Assembly: GCA_965199495.1 (NCBI GenBank)
Contig: CBDASK010000003.1
Coordinates: 1,952,001 to 2,016,000 of the forward strand
DNA length: 64,000 nt
Source: Abditibacterium sp.
Lineage (GTDB): Bacteria > Armatimonadota > Abditibacteriia > Abditibacteriales > Abditibacteriaceae
Reading direction: 5' to 3'
The stretch's first letter is position 1; each line of letters starts with the position of its first letter. Position numbers and translations under genes: made by a program. This document shows, one piece after another, positions 59,263 through 64,000 of this stretch. Under the pieces are notes generated by a model. It saw nothing but the letters and a program-made list of their open reading frames with translations. It did no database searches and was not told where the DNA came from.

Positions 59263-59347
59263 AGGAAAGGATCGAGGCTGAAAAATCAAGGATAAAGAAA
59301 AGTGTGCCAAGGATTTATCCTTTATCCTTCAGCTTTTATCCTTTCCT
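59263..59347. repeat. Degenerate heptamer-periodic inverted repeat
   Basis: AGGAAAGGAT..GCTGAA..AAGGATAAA versus TTTATCCTTTATCCTTCAGCTTTTATCCTTTCCT. Confidence 0.6.
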
Positions 59348-60276
59348 CAATCGCCCCACGCCATTTTGAGGCGCAAACGCGCGTAAAACGAATCTTTGGG
59401 GTCGCGCAGCAGACGCGCGACCATCGAAGATCGCCGCACGCGCACCACATCGCCGGGTCTTAAAATAACACCAACTTGGCCATCTAAAGTCAACATCGTA
59501 TCGAGACGTTCCTGCTGCACTTCGTCGCCCTCCCATTCGGCGCGCACATCCACGGTTTCGTTGGCGCCCACGACAATCGGACGTTGATTAAGCGTGTGCG
59601 CGCAAATCGGCGCGCACAACAACAGCTCGACATCGGGCGGCACAATCGGGCCGCCCGCCGACAGCGCATAAGCCGTCGAGCCGGTCGGCGTCGAAACGAT
59701 GAGGCCGTCGGCGCGGATTTGCGCGACCAATTCGGTATCGGCATAGATGGACAAACGCAAAATGCGCGCGAGCGCGCTTTTGGCGACAACGGCATCGTTG
59801 AGCGCGATGCCGCCGCCGATTTCCAGAGCCGAGGTATCGGAGTTCGGGTCGGCCAAAACCGCCGCCAACCGGTCGGCGTCGTCGCAGCGCAAAACGCGCG
59901 CATCAATCATCATGCGCTTTTCGACTTCAAATTCGCCGTTCATCAGACGCGCGAACGCGCTTTCGATGGCATCGGGCCGCACCGTGGACAAAAATCCCAG
60001 ACGGCCCAAATCAACCGCCAAAACCGGCGTCTCGAATTGGGCCGCCGCGCGCGCCGCCGCCAAAACGCCGCCGTCGCCCGACAGACAAATCAGCACGTCG
60101 CAACGCGCGACTTCGTCGTTGACCAGACAACCGTCGCCGCCTTGCAGTGGCGGTGGCTCTTGCTCGAACTGCTCGCGAACTTCGAGGCCCGCGGCCCGCG
60201 CCAACTCCGCCAACTGGCGCCCCAACAACACCGCCTGCGGCTTGCCGGGCGCCGCAAAAATACCGATAGAATTCAT
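59347..60276 (-). CDS. nadK: NAD kinase
   Basis: GDGG.L, G.LGFL, ALND, DGLIVSTPTGSTAY.LSAGGP and DGQ. Confidence 0.95.
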   Translation of the reverse strand: MNSIGIFAAPGKPQAVLLGRQLAELARAAGLEVREQFEQEPPPLQGGDGCLVNDEVARCDVLICLSGDGGVLAAARAAAQFETPVLAVDLGRLGFLSTVRPDAIESAFARLMNGEFEVEKRMMIDARVLRCDDADRLAAVLADPNSDTSALEIGGGIALNDAVVAKSALARILRLSIYADTELVAQIRADGLIVSTPTGSTAYALSAGGPIVPPDVELLLCAPICAHTLNQRPIVVGANETVDVRAEWEGDEVQQERLDTMLTLDGQVGVILRPGDVVRVRRSSMVARLLRDPKDSFYARLRLKMAWGD

Positions 60277-60409
60277 ATTTTTCAGGAGACAGGATACAGG
60301 AGACGAGGGAGACGGGAACAGCAAGTTATGTTACAACAACGATTTGTTCTCCCTCGTATTTATCAAATTCCCGTCTCCCTCGTCTCCTGTATCCTGTCTC
60401 CTGAAAAAT
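60277..60409. repeat. Heptamer-periodic perfect 42-bp inverted repeat
   Basis: ATTTTTCAGGAGACAGGATACAGGAGACGAGGGAGACGGGAA, with its reverse complement at 60368-60409. Confidence 0.9.
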
Positions 60410-62244
60410 CAGCCGACCGCCGCCGCGCCTTTCAAGCGCGCGACATTGCTTTTGGCTTCGTCGTGATCAGGCGCCAAATCGAGCGCCTTTTGATAATTGT
60501 CGAGCGCGCCCGCGCGGTCGCCTTTGGCTTCGAGAACCACGCCCAAATCGTTATAGGCGTTGGCGTTTTTCGGATAGGCTGCAATGATGGCGCGATAAGC
60601 CGCTTCGGAACCGGCGTAATCCTTCATGTTATAGAGCGCGCGGCCCAGACCCGAACGCGCTTCGGTGTCGGCGGGCGTGAGCGCCAGCAATTTGCGATAT
60701 TCGTCGGCGGCCTCTTTATATTTCGCCTGCGCCAACAAGTTGGAAGCGATGCCCGAACGCGCCGTCGCGAGACGTGCTTCGAGAGCTTTGCGGTCGGCAA
60801 TATTGGCGCCGCGCGAAGCGGCGGCGGCAGCGGTCGCCAGCTTTTGCCACTCGTCGGTGGACATATCGAGCTTGTTTTGCGCCGCCAAAACAATCGCCAG
60901 ATTGGTGCGCGCGTCGTAGAAATCGGGATCCAAAACCAACGCTTCGTTGAATTTGGCGACGGCTTCGTCGAAGCGCCCGCGCTTGAAATAGATGCGCCCG
61001 ACATTGTTTTTGGTCGCGGCGTCGTTGGGTTTGAGCTTTTCGGCGGCGCCGTATTGTTCCAGCGCCTCGTCAAATTTCGACGAGTAATCGAGAGCCACGC
61101 CCAGGTTGAAGCGCCCGGTAAAATCGTCGCCGCGCACATTGACGTAGCGGCGCAAAGCCGCCGCCGCGTCGCTATAATTGTTGCTGCGCAGATGAATATC
61201 GCCGATTTGTAACAGCGCCGCCGCGTTGTTGGGATTGACGTTCAACAGTTCACGTAGCGCGGCTAAAGCGTCGTCGCGGCGCCCGTTGTTCAGCAGAATC
61301 AGCGCGAATTTAAAGCGATAATTTTCGTTTTTCGGGTCGAGCGCGATGGCGCGTTTGTAGGCGCCCAATGCGCTACTTGAATTTCCGGTGCGGTCGTAGG
61401 CTTCGCCCAAACCCTCTTCGATGGCGGCATCGTTGGGATTTTTGGCTTCCAAAAGTTTCAGATGTGGCAACGCATCGGCGAACTGGTCGCTCGAAAGCAA
61501 CGCGAAGGCCAGATTGTAACGCGCGTCGTAATAATCGGGCTGAAGTTTGAGCGCCTCTTCAAAAGCGGTGCGCGCGGGCGCATTCTCGCTTTTGTTCCAG
61601 CGCGCGAAACCGATGTTATTGAGCAGTTGCGCGCGGGCAGCCACGTCGAGGTTCTTGCCGTTGTCCTGCGCCGATTGCAGCGCGGTCAAGGCGCCGTCCC
61701 AGTTTTTCTGTTGCAAACGCACGTAGCCCAGAAATGAAAACGCGCCCGCATCATTGGGCGAAAGCATCGCCGCGCGACCAAACGACGCTTCGGCGGCGTT
61801 CCAATCGCTATTTTTAATCGCGGTCAGTCCCGCATTATAAGCCAGCGTCGCCTCGCGCAAACGCGTGGCGTCGTCCATATTGGCCGCATCGGGCGGCGGC
61901 GCAATCGTCGTTGCGGGCGGCGGCGTTGCGGGCGGCGTCGTTGCGGGCGGCGTCGTTGCGGGCGGCGGCGTTGCGGGCGGCGTTGTCGCGGGCGGCGTTG
62001 TCGCGGGCAGCGTTGTCGCGGGCGGCGTTGTCGCGGGCGGCGTCTCCACTTGAACGTTGGCGGGCGGCGTGGCTGGTGTTGTCGCGGGTGCAGTCGGCGC
62101 AGGCGGCGCAGGCGGCGTCGGTGGCGCCGGTGGTTTGGCGGGCGCGGTCGGTGGCGGCGGAACCGGCCCCAGTGAGGGGTCTTGCGCGCGGGCGGTCAAA
62201 GGAATCAGAGCCGAAAAGCTCAGCAGCAGCAGCGTTTTTTTCAT
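60409..62244 (-). CDS. Secreted TPR-repeat protein with a Pro/Thr-rich linker
   Basis: Signal peptide, (T/P)TPPA repeats and many TPRs (NNIG, YNLA, NLGV). Confidence 0.88.
   Translation of the reverse strand: MKKTLLLLSFSALIPLTARAQDPSLGPVPPPPTAPAKPPAPPTPPAPPAPTAPATTPATPPANVQVETPPATTPPATTLPATTPPATTPPATPPPATTPPATTPPATPPPATTIAPPPDAANMDDATRLREATLAYNAGLTAIKNSDWNAAEASFGRAAMLSPNDAGAFSFLGYVRLQQKNWDGALTALQSAQDNGKNLDVAARAQLLNNIGFARWNKSENAPARTAFEEALKLQPDYYDARYNLAFALLSSDQFADALPHLKLLEAKNPNDAAIEEGLGEAYDRTGNSSSALGAYKRAIALDPKNENYRFKFALILLNNGRRDDALAALRELLNVNPNNAAALLQIGDIHLRSNNYSDAAAALRRYVNVRGDDFTGRFNLGVALDYSSKFDEALEQYGAAEKLKPNDAATKNNVGRIYFKRGRFDEAVAKFNEALVLDPDFYDARTNLAIVLAAQNKLDMSTDEWQKLATAAAAASRGANIADRKALEARLATARSGIASNLLAQAKYKEAADEYRKLLALTPADTEARSGLGRALYNMKDYAGSEAAYRAIIAAYPKNANAYNDLGVVLEAKGDRAGALDNYQKALDLAPDHDEAKSNVARLKGAAAVG
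61905..62043 (-). repeat. In-frame 15-bp tandem repeat (about 9 units) encoding TTPPA
   Basis: GTCGTTGCGGGCGGC / GTTGTCGCGGGCGGC units. Confidence 0.85.
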
Positions 62245-62378
62245 ACGGAACACGGGAAGGAAAAATCAAAAGAAAACGGCGAATCGCACGATTCGCCAGA
62301 CTTTCGATGTTTTTAAACCAGAGAAGTTTTAACGCTTTGAGCCAATCACTGCATCATTGCGCTTGATAATTCTTACAT

Positions 62379-63689
62379 TTAGCCCACTTCATCGAACCGC
62401 AAAACCAAGGTTTCGCCTTCGACATCCACGTTTAATTCCGAGTGAAGCCTGTATTCTCGGCCCCCACACGTCACTTTTTCGCGCGCGCGCTTGAGCAAAT
62501 CGGTGCGTAGCGTCAGCCACGTCCAAGAGGGCAAAATTTTGTGCTGTTGCCATTGTCCGTCCATTTCATACGAGACGACGACGTTGCCGCGATCCTGCAA
62601 CCGAATCGCGGGCAGTTTCCCTTGAATCGCGTGCAGCAAAATATCGTTGACCAAACGGATGGCGGGCGCTTCCCATATTGGCGTGACGCCGCGTTTCTTA
62701 TCATCGTCCTCTCTACGCCGCTTTTGTCTGTCATTCCATTTGTCGAAAGCGAAAGGCGCGGCAAAAACCAGCGCGCCCGTGCCTAAAACCGGCCAACGTG
62801 CGCGGCGCGGCCACCAACCGCTCGACGACAAAACGGCGAATCCCGCGAACATCAGCGCCGCAAGAATCTGGTGTTTCCTATCGCGCGCCGCATTTTGCCC
62901 TCGTAAATCCGCGCCACAATTCCAGCACCAAACCGCATCGGGCGGTTTCTCTTCGCGACACTGCAAACATTGGACATCGGGCAGATCATCGAAACGCAAA
63001 GCGCCCATGGCTGCTTCGAGCGGCGCGCTTTCAAACTGAAATCGCAGCGTTTCGCCCTGCACATCCGTTTCCAATTGCGCGCGAAAATCGCTTAATTTCA
63101 ACGAATTGCGATGATTTCCCAATTCATACTCCGAAGACTCCAACTTAAATTCGCCTTGCCGCGCATAACGCAAAAGCTGTTGGCGTAGCGGCTTCCACAC
63201 GTAAAGCGGGATTTTCATCTGCTCGCGCCACTCGTTCTCGATTTGATAACAAACCCGAATACCCCGGCCTTTTTCCTCGATGCGCGTGGTCATGGCTTTA
63301 TCTCGCCACGCGTAATAAAGAATGGTTTCGGCGATTCTCACCGAAGGCGACCTTTCGCCTTCACGATTTATCGCGTCGTCGGTTTTATCTTTGGCGAAAC
63401 GATTTTTCAAAATATCGATCAACATCGGCCCGAAAAGAGCGCTCGCACTCGCGCCCAAAACCGGCAGACGCATTCTGCGCGGCAACCAACCGCTGGCGGT
63501 TGACGCCACAATCGCCATGTAAGGCACGGCATCGGAAAGCCGCTTTTTCACTTTTTCGCCCGTCGAATTTTCAGCTTTGGGCACCGGCGCGCTCGCTCTT
63601 CCAGCGCCCAGCGGCGTGTAGCACGCCCAACACATCACGGCATCGGCGAGGTTTTCTTCGCCGCATTTCGGGCAATTTTGCGTTTTCAT
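62379..63689 (-). CDS. Tandem-duplicated module: zinc ribbon + TM hairpin + PilB/GspE N2-like domain, no ATPase
   Basis: CPKC..CWAC and CLQC..CWNC; SGW(L/W)PRR twice; PSVRIAETIL..A and EAPAIRLVNDIL.HAI..YEMDG. Confidence 0.65.
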   Translation of the reverse strand: MKTQNCPKCGEENLADAVMCWACYTPLGAGRASAPVPKAENSTGEKVKKRLSDAVPYMAIVASTASGWLPRRMRLPVLGASASALFGPMLIDILKNRFAKDKTDDAINREGERSPSVRIAETILYYAWRDKAMTTRIEEKGRGIRVCYQIENEWREQMKIPLYVWKPLRQQLLRYARQGEFKLESSEYELGNHRNSLKLSDFRAQLETDVQGETLRFQFESAPLEAAMGALRFDDLPDVQCLQCREEKPPDAVWCWNCGADLRGQNAARDRKHQILAALMFAGFAVLSSSGWWPRRARWPVLGTGALVFAAPFAFDKWNDRQKRRREDDDKKRGVTPIWEAPAIRLVNDILLHAIQGKLPAIRLQDRGNVVVSYEMDGQWQQHKILPSWTWLTLRTDLLKRAREKVTCGGREYRLHSELNVDVEGETLVLRFDEVG

Positions 63690-63833
63690 TGATAAAGTCT
63701 ACCCACGCGAAATCGCGCTTAAACCGCAAGCGAGCATTTGCCGACAGTTCTCCGCTCAACATTGTGCGAGGAACAATACCAAAGCGCGCGAGGTCAAACT
63801 GCGCGCGTTTTGATTTTCAGCGCCCAATTACCC

Positions 63834-64000
63834 ATGAAACTTTCCTTCGTCGGCCCAATACTCGCGGCCTTGATTTTGGCGACCAGCGCCGCCAACGCGC
63901 GCGCCGATGAAGTTCAATTGCCCAGTTCGGCCAGTGCGCCGACAACAGCAGCCACGGCGGTGGCGTTGCCCGGCGTTCATTGCGTTTTGCGCACCGCCAA
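63834..64000 (+). CDS. Secreted hypothetical protein, 3'-truncated by the window edge
   Basis: MKLSFVGPILAALILATSAANARA signal peptide; the frame stays open to the end. Confidence 0.55.
   Translation, partial: MKLSFVGPILAALILATSAANARADEVQLPSSASAPTTAATAVALPGVHCVLRTA

Noticed and set aside
59584..61212. Long antisense ORFs (also 17000-18097, 28103-29443, 50235-51464, 11860-12792)
   Set aside because: These are shadow ORFs opposite well-supported genes in GC-rich DNA, with no motifs.
61905..62043. 15-bp tandem repeat as a phase-variation or array element
   Set aside because: It is an in-frame Pro/Thr linker of a TPR protein; length changes would not shift the frame.
495..63958. CGTGGCTG as a Chi/KOPS site or an amino-acid-composition artefact
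   Set aside because: Orientations are balanced and interleaved (25:30) and all six frames are used. This disfavours both explanations, pending a formal null model.
1..64000. CRISPR array, cas genes, transposases, integrases
   Set aside because: No direct repeats with unique spacers and no such ORFs. The repeats seen are inverted pairs or in-frame coding repeats.

Overview
This is a GC-rich (roughly 55-60% by eye) bacterial chromosomal segment. Gene content and sequence style suggest an Armatimonadota/Abditibacteriota-like organism, which is an inference and not a database result. It holds about 55 mostly housekeeping or metabolic genes: ppk1, hisB/hisH, tmk-holB, trxA, nfo, recN, NAD kinase, pnuC plus a NadR-like gene, fucI and a rhamnose isomerase/aldolase-dehydrogenase pair, NfeD-flotillin, and GAF-PP2C and GAF-HD-GYP signalling genes. 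It also has one tRNA-Ala(UGC). I found no CRISPR array, transposase, integrase or prophage. The most striking unexplained signal is the non-palindromic motif CGTGGCTG (extended form GCCGTGGCTGCTGTTG). I counted 55 exact copies by hand (25 on +, 30 on -, about 1 per 1.2 kb), spread through coding DNA in all six reading frames and absent from the AT-richer ORFs. That pattern resembles a DNA uptake sequence of a type I do not recognise. The window also encodes a membrane-anchored protein with two PilB/GspE-like N-domains but no ATPase, and two tandem minimal secretin-like genes. Other notable items are several unrelated families of intergenic inverted-repeat elements (including REP doublets with covarying stems), a palindrome inside an AlbA_2/HATPase gene, a stranded duplicate of a gene's 3' end, and signs of leaderless transcription. 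All counts and alignments were done by eye and need computational confirmation.
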